NCBI GenBank assembly: GCA_963924565.1
Contig: OZ004612.1
Coordinates: 6,634,001 to 6,698,000 of the forward strand
Origin: Ascidiella aspersa
Lineage: Eukaryota
Length of the DNA: 64,000 nucleotides
Direction of reading: 5' to 3'
Of this stretch, positions 37,502-50,366 are shown piece after piece. The notes beneath the pieces were generated by a model. That model saw nothing but the letters and a program-made list of their open reading frames with translations, was not told the DNA's origin and made no database searches. The position numbers were made by a program, and so were the translations under genes. The number at the start of each line of letters is the position of its first letter. Position 1 is the stretch's first letter.

Positions 37502-38599
37502 AGTAAAGGTCAAAAGGCTACAGCTTAGTTTGGATAGACAAGTACAGTGTGTTGTTTAAGATATACTGCTCTTAAATTTTTTAATTTCAAGCACATTTCT
37601 TGCAAACAAAAAATGTGTATATATTGTCACCCTGCTTAGAGATCGGGGTTTTAATTATTTTAATAACAACTATACACCAGATTCGGGAAAACTAGAATTT
37701 CTTTCATGTTTTTTAAATAAGATTTGAATTATCATGATAGCTTTTAGATTAGGTCAATTACCGCATTCTTTTTCAGGCTGTATATTTCGCCGCGCATTGC
37801 TGAAAATTTAAACGAAAATTATATTAGAACTAGCAATGTACAAGTTATCAAAAATTAAGCCTACTATTACAAGCACATTGCTCTGTCGAACTAGAAAACT
37901 AAAATTATCTAGTTGTTCAAGTCTGCTCTGTTTCTAAATAAAAAAAATGAGAAAAAAAAACGAAAAATCTAAAAAACTGAGAAACTACACTTTCTTTAAA
38001 TCCACTCCAGTCCGAACACACTGCCAGTCAGTGACGTCAGTTACGCGATGAGCATTAAGTAAAAAGTCTAATTTTTTAACGGAATAACCATCAATTTGTT
38101 TTTAAACATTTTGCCCATCCCTTGTTTAATCAAATTCACTCGAAAACTAACGCAAACTAAGGCCGATATATAAATGACATTTCGTCATACTTCAATTTAC
38201 CTTTATTCTTAACGAGAATATGGCCTATAGTGAAATATTTCGGCTAACGTGTCACACATATTTTTCCTTTCAGCTTTCTTCGCCTACTGTTCCATTTTTT
38301 TGTAATAATATTTGCAGAACGGCTTCCTGTGTGCGATTTATGCTTTATTTTGCATGATATCGCCAATATACTTAACTGTAGGGGAGATGTGGGACCAGTC
38401 ACGTTTGACGTTTTGCATCTGCAGGATTTATTTGCCTCGTAGAAGGGATTTAGAAGTCTTAGCACGAACTTTAATCTATCCTTCAACATACCACAGCATT
38501 TAACTTAAAATGCCAAAAGAGAAAACTTGTTTATTTTGCATGCCAAAAAAGCTACTCAAACATTTCCAATAACACGTCGTCCCTCTTTTTTCCTCACAG

Positions 38600-39116
38600 C
38601 GTTCCTTGTCTACTGCGCAGTTCTCATTGCCGCCACCCTTTACCTGATAATCGACCTTGCCCCGCGCCGCGGCCAACACAACCTACTGGTGTATGTTACC
38701 ATTTGCAACTTAATGGCGCCATGTCCGTTCTCTGCGGAAAGAGCCTGGGAATCGCCCTCAAGGAAGCCCTGGCGCCATCACCAGCAATAGAAGAGGCGTA
38801 CAGCACCCCCCTGAAAATATACCTGCACCCCCTCTTCTGGGCGCTTGTTATCGAGTTAGTCTTGGGCATTGTGCTTCAGATCGTTTACCTGAGTCGTGCG
38901 CTTGCTTTGTTCGAAACCAGTAAAGTGATTCCTGTCCGTTATGTGTTTACCAACTTTTTCGTGGTTATCGGATCCATCCTTCTCTTTCGCGAGTTGTCCT
39001 CGATGAGCGGCGAGAGTTGCGTTGGCCTGCTTTGCGGCTTTGTAACGGTTGTTCTCGGCGTTGTGCTGCTTAATTCGTTTAAAGGCGACGATGACGACGG
39101 GAAATTAGTGCTATGA
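38600..39116 (+). pseudogene. Duplicated NIPA terminal exon (5b) with a 1-nt frameshift: alternative last exon, pseudo-exon or assembly error
   Basis: Same phase-1 acceptor (cag|CGTTCCTTGTC) as exon 5a. AAC TTA AT GGC GCC versus AAC ATG GTC GGC GCC shows a 1-nt deletion near 38714. The downstream frame is open to TGA at 39116. No duplicate of exon 4 was seen between the two copies. Confidence 0.8.
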
Positions 39117-39363
39117 GTGTGAGTGTTATCTTTACTTTTTGTATGTATAGAACCATGAAGCTTTTGCCCATGTTACTTGCAGCGCTTTGTTTCTCGCAAT
39201 TGAGTCACGATTTTACCTCTACCTGCCTTTTGCCTTACGGAATTGCCAATTAGGATTTCTATTGATTAATATTTGATTCACATTTATATTGATTATTGTT
39301 TGATGCACTTTAATGGTGAAAATAGCAGCCCAAATAGACGTAAAAAGCGACATGCTTTATTGT

Positions 39364-39401
39364 TCAAACGTTTCGGCAAATGCTCATGCCATCATCAGTG
39401 A
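39364..39401 (-). ncRNA. Minimal type-I hammerhead ribozyme motif at the apex of a ~150-bp hairpin element
   Basis: On -: TCA-CTGATGA-T-GGCA(TGAGCATT)TGCC-GAAAC-GTT-TGA, flanked by ~46-bp inverted arms 39309-39354 and 39416-39461. Confidence 0.72.
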
Positions 39402-40514
39402 TATAAAGGCCACATCATGTCGCTTTTTACGTCTATTTGGGCCGTCATTTTCACCATTAAACTTATGAACAGATTCGTATATAGTGATGCATAGTTTTGT
39501 ACTATGCGACCTATAATGGCCCGCTAAAATTTTGACTTTCGAAGTGCAATCCATCACCTAATATTTACAACACGTTCTGCACTTGTGAATTTTATCTGCA
39601 ATATATTTCGACCTTATAGCCTTATTGTTCTTTTTTAGGATTTTACTTCCGAAAATTTTGCCTTGGATTGCCGATTGCAGTTTTTGTTTACGTCTTACCT
39701 TAAGCTGTTTAATTTCCAGGTTTTTGCATTTACTCCTGTGAACAAAGTAATACTTATATCGAATGGTACCTTTTCCATATTTGCGGCTTTTACGTACTAA
39801 GCGACAGATATTGTCCTGTCTTTGAAAGACATTATTTTCTTAACAATCTTTTCTTCCACCTCCTTCTATTTAGTTGATTTCCAAATCCGTATTTTTTATG
39901 TGTTGCACTAAACGCTAAAATATTACACATTATAGTTATATTCGATTGATTTTTATGTTAAGTGTCGTCATAACGTGGATAACGACACATTAAAGTTACG
40001 CGTTTGTTTTTTTGCAATAACACCTATATGGCAACTTGTGTTTTATCTTCTTAAATTCCCTTAACCTGAAACTGCCCTCAGTTAACTAGCGTTATAAAGG
40101 AAGCGACCTTCCTGCGTATACTTGCTTTTAGACAAATCAACGCCGTACTTAAATCTGTTTACTGAAATATTAAACAATTTACAAAACAAATTTATAAAAT
40201 CAAGCACTATTAGTTTATACAGGCACAATGCGTGTCGATAAAGTCTCGACTTCTTCAGATAGAACAAATTGATTGATTAGAAATCAAATTAAGAGCAGAT
40301 TGAACGATTACAAATTAATTTATTTATTTTTACCTAAGTTTTCTACAGAAAATATTTTGTCATAGGAGGCCTTCGACAGCCTTATCGTCATTTTTAGTCA
40401 CATTCGGTTTTCTCAGGTAGGTGTTTAGCGATTTCGACAGCTACACCTATACTATTCATACTTTAAATCCATTTTTGGAATGGAGAGAAATTGACTCAAA
40501 TTTTCTTTCGATTA

Positions 40515-43500
40515 TCACATATTTGAATGTGTCTCGACCTCATCTTTTTCGCCAAAGTCTTCATTGCAACTCAATTCGTTCTGGAAAGACTTGTTGACGA
40601 CACTGCTTTGTCCGGTTGTGTTAGTGATCACTCCATTGCCGCCGTGCGTTATAGTGCTGCCGATACCCGAGTCCCCACTACCCGTGCTGTTGACTTGGAG
40701 TGGCTTGTTTCTGGTCACTGAGATTCTCTTGCCCACAGCCGTCTTGTTCCAGGCACCCAGGGCGGCGTTTCGTACCTCCTTGCTGAAGACACAGTAAACG
40801 AGGAAAACGAAGAATCCCTGCAGCCCGTTCACCACTATCGTCAGGTACAGGAACACGACACCGGCGTCTGTGTGGATAATTTGTACTTGGTAGGCCTATA
40901 GCTTGCAAATTTGAAAAAATTCCACTAACTACAAAGCTAGACTTGCTTCCAATTAAAAGCACTATACCAATATATTTAGAGGCTGACCGTTTGTTGAAAA
41001 AATGTACGGGAATAAGCTCTCAAAATAGTGTTTCTATTTATTAGGTAAATATCGAATGGAATTCGTTTGTTATTAAGGATTTATAAATTGCCTAAGTTGC
41101 ACAAGTTTACCTTCAACCAACGAAAATAGCACCCAGTTTTTTACGCAACATTATGCTTAGCCTGTCATTGGTACAGACTCCACCGGTTCAACGGAATAAA
41201 CGAAAAAAATATTTGCCAACGAACAACTTTGCACTTGTTTTTCTGTATATATTCTGGCAACCTATAAGTAGGCTAATATACAATATACATGTTTCCCTGT
41301 TGCACCGCTATTAAATAGAAAATATATTTTTCGTAAGACGTTGTTGTTGACCCCGCTTTAGATCATCTTATTCTTATGACCCGAAAACTAATTATAACAC
41401 TTGATGTTGTTTATAGTCAGTGTGTGCCTTAGTTTCTCTTACTATTTATCGCACTTACCAGCCAGCAGAAAGAGCAGCCATGGTACGCTCATGATGGGTA
41501 ATAGTAGGGCTGCGGCTCTAAGTGCAGCTCGCAAATGAGTCGTGTCCAGTTTGCATCTCCCGCTCCCGCATCGGTGGGCGACCGGCTTGAAGGTCTCGGT
41601 TTGCTTGCTCATCTTGTAGATGAAGAAGCCGACTCGAATCAGGATGAGGAGGTTGATCGTGATACTCGCAGTCACCGGGAGGATTACAGTCGGGATGAGG
41701 AAGTCTCCGGATCCGACCCAGCACCTCTCGAACCTTAAAGGAGATGACCGAATATATCATATATCTTAACTGTGTGGTTCCGAACGTTTTTCTCTGGCGA
41801 CCTTGTTTTTTAATTTGCTCATATGAGATATAGCAGAGTCAACTACAATCGTATTCTTTGTCGAAGCGTTGCCTCTCCTGAGTATTAGGATTTATCGAAG
41901 ATGTATGCAAGGTTCTTTTTTGCTACTCTATACTTTTAGGTTCACATCTCTTTCTGCTCAGATTTTCCTAATTTTTTTCTTTAAATCTTAAACTTGAGTA
42001 TTAAATTAAACGGCGACGACTCATACAACCCTTAGTGACCCTGCGCGAATCAAACCACTGTAGTATTAGGCCTATTAAAAATCAATTTGGACTTCAAACA
42101 GTAGGGTTATTCCAACAGTTTAGTATTTTTTATGAATAACCTAATTTTAGCAATAAAGGAATCCGCGATAGGAAAAACGGACAACATAACATAGGATATC
42201 GCTAGTCGTTTAGCCTACCTTTCCAGCTCATTCTCCTCCATGTACTTGTGCATCGCAAATCCCGAAACCGCGCTACACAGGACCAAGATAGCGGGGAATC
42301 CCCAACCGAAGAGGAACTTGTATAGGTTTGCCTTCCTGTGTGAAGTGAACCTCATTGCTTGGTCTGTGGTCTTTAAAAGCAGTGTTACTCCCTCGACCAG
42401 CATCCAGCATGCTGTTGGATTTATGAATGTTACTCAACAAGCAAGCGAGAGGAAAATAGCAGTTTTGTAAACTCCAAAGTCGGGTCATTTGCAAAAGAAA
42501 GTCAACTAATATTCAGTTAATGTTATGTCAAGTCCCAGTCCAAGTACTTGCCATAGCAAATTAACTCTTTTTTTCAGTTACTTAACAAATTAGTTTTAGT
42601 ACAAATAAGTCCCAAGCAATACTTCCTAAAGCAAACACCAAAAACGTACAAAATAGCAAGTAAATTTAACACTAGAAATTTAGGGAAATAGGCATAACCA
42701 ATTTTTGACAAATAATATATTTTAAATTTAACTCTTAGCCTAAGACTTAAGTCCAAGAACAGCCATTTGTCAAAATGCTTTGTCAAGTTAAGTTATTTGA
42801 AAACAGTGACTGCAATGTATTGAAATCAAGCGATTGATTAAAAATCCACTAAATGTGTTACAGATTTGAAGAATGACGCCAGTAGGATTGGTATCCATAG
42901 TGGAGTTGGGGGTAGTCCAAAACTTTCTCGGGTGCGCACCCCTTATATTAAGGATGAGCTGGTGGGACAGTAAAAAATTAAAAAAAGTAAAACATTGTCA
43001 CCTATACTAACTAAATGCTTTTGGCTTTCGCGAACGAATATTTCGCGAACAAAAGTAAACCAACATTTTTTTATTTTTCAATTAGTTCGAATAGTGTGTT
43101 TTGGGTGTAGGCTAAACAAATTAACTTTATAAACGGTGTACTTATTTTGATTGAAGGCATACCCCTAAAACCCCACTTTACGAAACAGCAAGAAACACAC
43201 CTGGACGCTTGGTTGGAGGTTTGCGGGAATTGACCACACTAACACAACATAACTGGCAAATGTTTTCAGAGAGAATGAATGATTTTATCCCTAATTTGAA
43301 TAGTGTGCAACATTTAAGGCCCGTTTACACTACAGCTGCACTGAGCTGAGCAAAGCGTAATTTGCATTTAAATTCTGTTGTGGCGAGCGTTTCAAGCTTT
43401 GCTAAACTCAAGCCCCGTGCAGCAGCTGCAGCTAGCTTAAAGTTACGCTTTGGAGCGATTTTCACGCTTTGCTAAACTCAATCCCGCAGTGCAGCTATAG

Positions 43501-46500
43501 AAACACGTTACGTTTTGGGGCGATTTTCACGCCCAGTGCAGCTGTAGTGTAAACGGGCCTTTACCTGAACCCAGAATAGAGAAATGTAGCGTCACAGCAA
43601 CAATCTCGCAAGCTCCGTGGTCGTTTAAGGCCAAGTCGTGGAAAGTATTCGACACGTGAAAAATAAGTAAGGCCACAGTCAGATTTATCTGCACAATGGT
43701 TCGTTCGTTTCGTATCCGCTTCCTCACTCGGTTGATCACGACCAGCGTCAGTACGAGTGAAAGAATGGACACGACCTCGCATAAGTAGGTCAGAACCTGA
43801 AAAATGTTTGCAAATTTAATGGATTTATATAAATTATTTTGAAGGCGGTATTTATCCGAAAGGTAGTATTGTGCAAATTAGGGAAAGTGTAAGCGTTGGG
43901 AAACTTCGTATCAAACATTCAAGCTTATAAAGCAAACGTTTATACATCTACTGTGTAGAAGCGGTTTTCTTGTTAAGAATAGTTTTAACAATTTGAACTT
44001 ATTTACCCAAATGTTAAACATGACTGCCAACACAAATATACCCTGGCTATGATTATCGAATCTCACATGGAGCCTATTATAATTACGACATAATTAAATG
44101 TTTGAAATATTATCTTTTTTACACTAGAGGGCTAGCAACTATATTTAAAAAAATGTTAATAACAACAATTGGTACACGTAACGCTTTACACCCTTAAACA
44201 ATTTTTATACATACTTGTTTGAAGAATGATCCCAGGTTAACCAGCGTTGCCTAAAATCAGCATAAGAAAAATGAACTTACCCGCGCCTGATAAGGCACCA
44301 CTCTGCCGGTGACCGAAAGCAGAACTGCGAATATGGTTGTGTGGTTTGAAACGCAGCGGACCTCGTCGTTGCAAACTTCCGACACGTGCATTCCAAAGCT
44401 GGAGAAGCGGGCCTTGTCCTCGTCCCAGTAAACGCACTTGTGCTCCACCGAGTGAGGCTGAAACCTGCCGCTGTACTTGTCCTTTATGCCAGCTAGCAAC
44501 TGACGTGCTTCGTCGACACTCACTTTGACACCGAACCTATAGCGGTAGCGGTAGATTTTAAGGTTGGCTCGTTTGCTGTTTTTTCTATATCGTGTTTTGT
44601 TTCTTTTATATTTTTTTAAACATCGCAAATTCGCAACTTTTGTTTTTTGAGTCGCTTTGAAGCTTAATATGTTATAATATAACAACAAGAGTCTGGGAAT
44701 GAGTTTACCAATATAGAATACTGTTTTGGTAACTCCAGTAAAGGCAATATGATGGATTTGTTTAGGAAACAAGTGTAGAACATTTCTGAGACGCCGACTT
44801 CACACCAAAAAATGTTAACTGCCTTTGCTGTTCGCAGCATTTTAAACTTACCAATACTCTTGGACGCAACATTTCAAGAAAACTCTAGGGGCCTTGGCCT
44901 GATCCGTTAAGCGTCTAATGCTTATACATTAAAAAAGTTTGGTTTGTACACTAAGTTTCAAGCTCAGATTGTTGAAACGAAACTCAAAAGTCAGCATTTT
45001 TTTATCTATTTCGTCCTCACCTGACGGTGATGTTTTCAATGTGTCTTTCAGGAGTTATCTCTAACAGAGTACCGAGCGGTGCCTCTCTAGTTACTTCAGA
45101 GCGCCCAATATTTTCATTGCCTTCTACCAACTCCAGATCCGCGACCAGCTGGAGGGTCTTCACTGTTGCCATGAAGCTCTCGTCGGTGTCCACCCGCAGC
45201 GAGATTTGATCCTTTGACCCTAGGACTTGTTCGCGCGTTTCGTGCCGCGAAAAAGTAGTTCTCTCCGATGTTTTGACCGTAATGAGCTGCTTAAGGTTTT
45301 TCTTTGCTGAAACTAAGATTTAAGCTGGTTGTTTTTGTTGTAGGATTACATATTCTTTAATAGATTTCACAAATGCTTTAAAGAAAACCTAGATCGAATG
45401 ATATATATGGTGTTATCGACAAATTTTCTTGACCTATAACCCTAAAAATGGCGTTTTGTTAATGTGGCCACATAGTGCGAATAAAACATGTCAGTACAAC
45501 AAGAACCACTTATGGTTTGCGAACAGCTAGTGAAAAAGTATATCCCAGGGGAATATTATGCAACTTCCAACGTTAATTGAATTAACAAATGTGAGTAGTA
45601 TAGTGGTCCCATACGACAAAATGTTGAATGACCAGGTTTGTGATATTTTAAAGCGAAGAACAAAGATATGCTACTTTCTATGGTTCAAATTGAAACCGTT
45701 TCAATTACTTTGTTGGCGATCTTTGATAGACGCTCGAACTGCTGGTAACGCTCCATAAACTTCCGGGTGATTTTGTTTTGATATTAATTGCATCTTTTTC
45801 GTAGTAGAAGTCGCTTGGTGCGTTGATCTATTGGTTAATAGTTGGTTGGATTCAGTTTCGAAACTGGTGGTTTGTGTGTTTCTTGTAGTCGCAGCATTTT
45901 TTTGAGAAGAGGTTGCTGTTGTTGTTGGCTGTTTTCTTGTTGTTGTTGTTGTTGTTGTTATAGTTGCTGTTGTTTCCTCTCTCTTGGTGCTTTCACTTGC
46001 TGTAGCTATCTTATTTCTATCAGATATTTGTGCTGTTGGTTGTAGACAGTTGGACGCCGACTCGCTGCCTTTGCATACTGAAAACACAACAGTGGTTACA
46101 TTAAAGTTTATTGCAGTATTAAAATTCCTGCTAATGCTCTACAAAACGTTTGCGTGTCATCTTTAGTAGCTATCGGACACCAATATATGTTTTATCTTTT
46201 ATATTTTGGTATTGCGGTAGGTAGATTTAAGTACGGTAAGTGTTCAGTTAATGCTTCTTGATCATCTCGCTCGTACATCAACGTGTAAAACATACGTCGA
46301 GTGGCTGTTTATCCCTTAACGTGTTGAACAAACGAACAGGATGCAGCAACGATGCTTTGGTCATTAATCGATCTGCTATACTCTGAGCCTGTCTAGCTCA
46401 GTAGGTAAAGTAACGGCACTGATTTCGCCAAGGTTGTGAGTTCAAACCTCACCGCATGCTAGTTGTTTTATTAGCCTAGCCTTGTTGGCAGAATAATCCT

Positions 46501-49500
46501 GATTAGGCCGATTGATCCCGGTAATGGCTTTCCGAAGGTACCCTTGTATTATAATAAGTATACTTTCATGGTTGGTCATTACTACTTCAGCAGGGCTGAT
46601 CACATTATATACACTCCTGTGGATTTAATGATTTGGTTTTATGTGGCTGTTGATCCCCTAATATGAATTTGCATGTAGGAATAGGGTATGGTAGGCAACG
46701 GTACTATGGTCGTTCCACGACTTGCACCCCCCTGAGCCTGTGTAGCTCAGTTTGAAAAGCGACGGTCCCGCTATGTCCGAGGTCGTGAGTTCGAACCTCA
46801 CTGCAGGCTATTTTTTTCTAGCCTGCCTTTCTCACTATAATCCTGATTAGGCCGACTGATTTCAGGGGAAACATTTCCGAACTACCCAGTACATATGTAC
46901 AGTAGGGTTGTTCAAACAAACACTTTTATGTCAAATTTCAGTGAGGAAGCCATTTTTCGTACAAAACAGCTTAATAAATGTTGTTTAAATGTGACATTTG
47001 TACCATAATTACTCACTTTTTTACTGCGAAACAGATTTATTTATAGCTATTCAATTGCAAAGCTATGCAAAAAAAAAAATTTTTAGGGGGAGTTTTTTTT
47101 TTTTAGGGGGAGGACAATTTATTTTTTTCAAAAATTTTAGCCTAAATCTGAATTTTCAAATTGACGTAGCACGGTCAATACTGAACCAAACGTAGTTAGA
47201 TTTGGTTTGTGGGGTTTTTAGACGCAACCTAACAATTCCAGGGGGTCCCCACTGAAATTTGACAAAAAAGTGTTTTTTTGAACAACCCTAATGTACAGTG
47301 ACAAACAAGGTATGAAAATTTGTGATATTTTAAAAAGGCCGATGTAAGTTGCTTAAAGTCATATTGCATGTTGAAGTCAATGCATGTTAACCGTATATGA
47401 TGTTTTTACACTTTACCCAAGATCAGGCTTGTGTTCAAAAATCTGTAAATTAAAGGTAATTTTTATTTTCTTATCTGCAAAACAGGTAAAACTGGCCATG
47501 ATGTCCAAATTTAATTAGGACTAAATTCTAAAACAAGCGTACGTCTTTAGGTAGGCAAACCCAAACATAGTATAGCATATGTAACCCTGGACCGTTCAAG
47601 TGAGCTGTGCACGTTAGATAGACAAACAAGTTGATAAACGACCGTGCGACTGCTTCCTATGGTACTACAACAACTCAGTTTTAAATTGTACACTCGCGCG
47701 CTTTTCAGTCAATGCCTTGCATGCAAGCGCTGCTTGATAATCCTGTGTTCTTCAACATCACAAGTATCTTTAGAACAAGAACCCTTACCTTTGTAGCAGG
47801 CGAAGTACTTCAGTTTCCTGTAGTTGTCGCAAGCTATGTCGTTCCACCGCCAACCGAATCTTGCCCTCTTCTCCACGCAAGCCTCAGCTGAGTGAGATGG
47901 CTGACCCTCGTACCAGTTCGTCCAGCTTGGAGCTCTACCGTCTTGCCATTCAAATGCACTTGCGTTGGTCGTGGAACGGTGCAGGCCTGAAATGAAAAGT
48001 GTTTTTTGCTGATTTGTGGAAAGGAACTCTGTAGAAATTTCTGCTGGTTAACTGAATTCTTTCTTGAAATGGTTAGACTTTGGAACATTTCAGCGTGGTT
48101 AATTTTTCATTGTATATTAAAGTAGCAGTAACTGAATTAAGGTCGGTTATTTGGGCCACATGCATGAGGCTGATTTTGGATATTTATATGGAAAAGTTGT
48201 CTAGCCACAGATTGTCAAATCAACTATTGGAATTTGTTCAAGCAGAATTTTTAGTTTAGAACCGCTTCGGTGAAGTTTTTTCACCTCTATTTTCGATTTT
48301 TTTTGCCTTTATCTATAATTCGTAATGCAGTATGTTAAACCCGATTTGTGAGAAACAAGCTTCTTTTTTTAATAAATTGTTTTTATTCACACTATTGGAT
48401 ATTATATTATTACATTTAAATTAAGTTTTAGTGCTTAGTAAAAAAGGCATATTCGTAATTTTCGACCGAGCTATTTGTTTTTCGAAAGGCTCTTTCGCAC
48501 AAGGCTAGTAGCCTATGGTGCTATGGGCAGCTACATAAGAAATAAACGGCCAATTTTCTTGTTCATTCTCTATTTTTTTAGGTAAATTGTTGTAAATACA
48601 TGGTATAACAACAAAACAAATTATAAACTAATATAGGCTTCGATCGAATGTATTAGAGGCATCCATATTCATGGGCATCTAATATCGGTTTCAAAACGAT
48701 AGAATCGGGCATCCGTATTTATGGGTATCTAACGAAACACAAACCTATCCAAACTCCGGACTCTGGAAACGATCGCAGTTTAGCTTTTTGGATGACGCAA
48801 TCCAGAATCTTCTCGTCTGCCACGGAGTCCACTCTTGCAAGCTCCATGTTTTTGTCGCGACACAGCTTTCTCGCAAGTTCAAATGTACCACGCTGTGTGG
48901 TGACTTCGTAGCATTTCGTCGATATATTGGTGCTGTCATTTTGCCCTGAATAGCAGCAGATCACTCATTATGAGGTTTGCATTTGAAAGTATGTTGTATA
49001 TCTATCACACCAGGCAAACTCTGTACGGATATCAAAAAATCGCATGTTATTTCGCCATCAATAATCTATACATAATCTGTGGAAATCAGCTCCAAAAATA
49101 ACAAAATTGTACAACTGAGATTAACTAGACGAATTAAACAAAATTGACATATGCGAATCGTATTTGTAACCCCCCAGTATGGAGTGGCAAATGCGTTAAA
49201 CATAATGACTTTTGCTACAAACCTGTATTCTTCGGCACAAGTAGCTTTTAAGTTAGAAAAAGTTATATTCGATATCTTTCATTTCTAAAATAATAGTTTA
49301 ATCCGGTATCGGATATTTACAAAAATCACATAAGAGTTCACTAAACAAAAACACCACGTTTTCAGACATCGTTTCATTTAGTTTTTGTATGCTCCGGTTA
49401 AAAAAAAAAAAATTGTTTGCTCCGGTTTAAACAAAAAAAAAAGAGCATAATGATTGGAGGTTGTAGTAAGACGTAATAAGAATATCAAAGCCCATACAGA

Positions 49501-49967
49501 ATTAGGTATCATTTTGAACGTTGTAAAACTAATAATAAAGTAACCGATAAAGTTAATTAAGATTGGTTCACTTGTTTTCCTCTTCCATTTACCTATATTT
49601 TATGTTCAGTTAAGACTAAAATTTTCATTCGCCGCGGACCCTCTAAAAGTTCTAGTTCATGTTAAAACATATTAAATATGCAATTCCTTGTTGCTTATTG
49701 AAGTAACAACAGGTTAATAACATTCTATTGTAACCTTTCCGAACACAGTCATTTTATTGTCTCCAAAAATTAAGTATAAATTGTGGTCAGCCAATATTTT
49801 TATTAACTTGATAACGTTGTGATTAGATTATTTAAAAAAATAAATAAAACACAGGCCTGATTGAGCTACGCCAAGTTTGTTTACTGACCTTTGGTTACAG
49901 TAGCCACTATTCCAAGAAGGCACATAATTTGCGAAAGGGTGGTGTGGCGAACGCTGCACATTATCAT
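40515..49967 (-). CDS. Adhesion GPCR with C-type lectin domain, mucin stalk, GPS and 7TM (paralog 1), 10 exons, about 815 aa
   Basis: Exons 49967-49889 (signal peptide), 48945-48745 and 47986-47789 (CTLD: VWIGL..WQDG..W.NW..GQPS..CV..WNDIAC), 46077-45709 (Thr-rich), 45312-45021, 44536-44281 (GPS CVYWD..FSSFGM..RCVSNHTTIFAVLL), 43796-43565, 42411-42219, 41733-41459, 40867-40515. Family-B 7TM motifs WMLVEG, GWGFP, CW, NGLQG. Confidence 0.92.
43317..43560. mobile_element. PIF/Harbinger MITE of the same family, in the aGPCR1 exon 7 donor
   Basis: Same TIRs as the 35514 copy, opposite orientation; TSD TTA at 43314-43316 and 43561-43563. Confidence 0.85.
46385..46890 (+). mobile_element. Two diverged tRNA-SINE copies (about 46385-46520 and 46705-46890)
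   Basis: Head gagcctgt.tagctcag...gtgagttc.aacctcac; both share a different tail ataatcctgattaggccga. Confidence 0.75.
46903..47290. mobile_element. hAT (TAGGG-terminus) MITE
   Basis: TIRs TAGGGTTGTTCAAA/TTTGAACAACCCTA; perfect TSD ATGTACAG. Confidence 0.88.
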
Positions 49968-50366
49968 CACGACCGTGAAGTGTCCATCTTCTTTTAATAA
50001 GCTATTTCGCAATTGTAATACCGAACTGTAAGGATGGCTTGGCACAACCACAGATATAATGCTACTAAAATTACGGTAAAATCAAGAGTTTCTAAAAAGC
50101 CTGATAAACTAGATGGTAGCGTCTTGTTGGTAGCTTTTGAAATAAATCCGGGCGACTTCTGTGTTGTATAGAAGCAACGTCACACGTTCAGCGACTTTCC
50201 AGCCTATTCACGAATTCACTCTTATTACTAACAACTTCCTGTTTTTTGTATGGCGGAGCGCACGTCCAGCATATAGACGTCTCAAAATGCTCCTGGCTTT
50301 TCGTTTGGATTCGTTCTATCTGGTTATTTGCATGCGTGACGTCATATGCCTCTAGAGTGTGTAGAC

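Noticed and set aside
38527-39116. Complete second NIPA gene or programmed frameshift
   Set aside because: No upstream NIPA exons between 34889 and 38600, and no slippery heptamer at the shift site.
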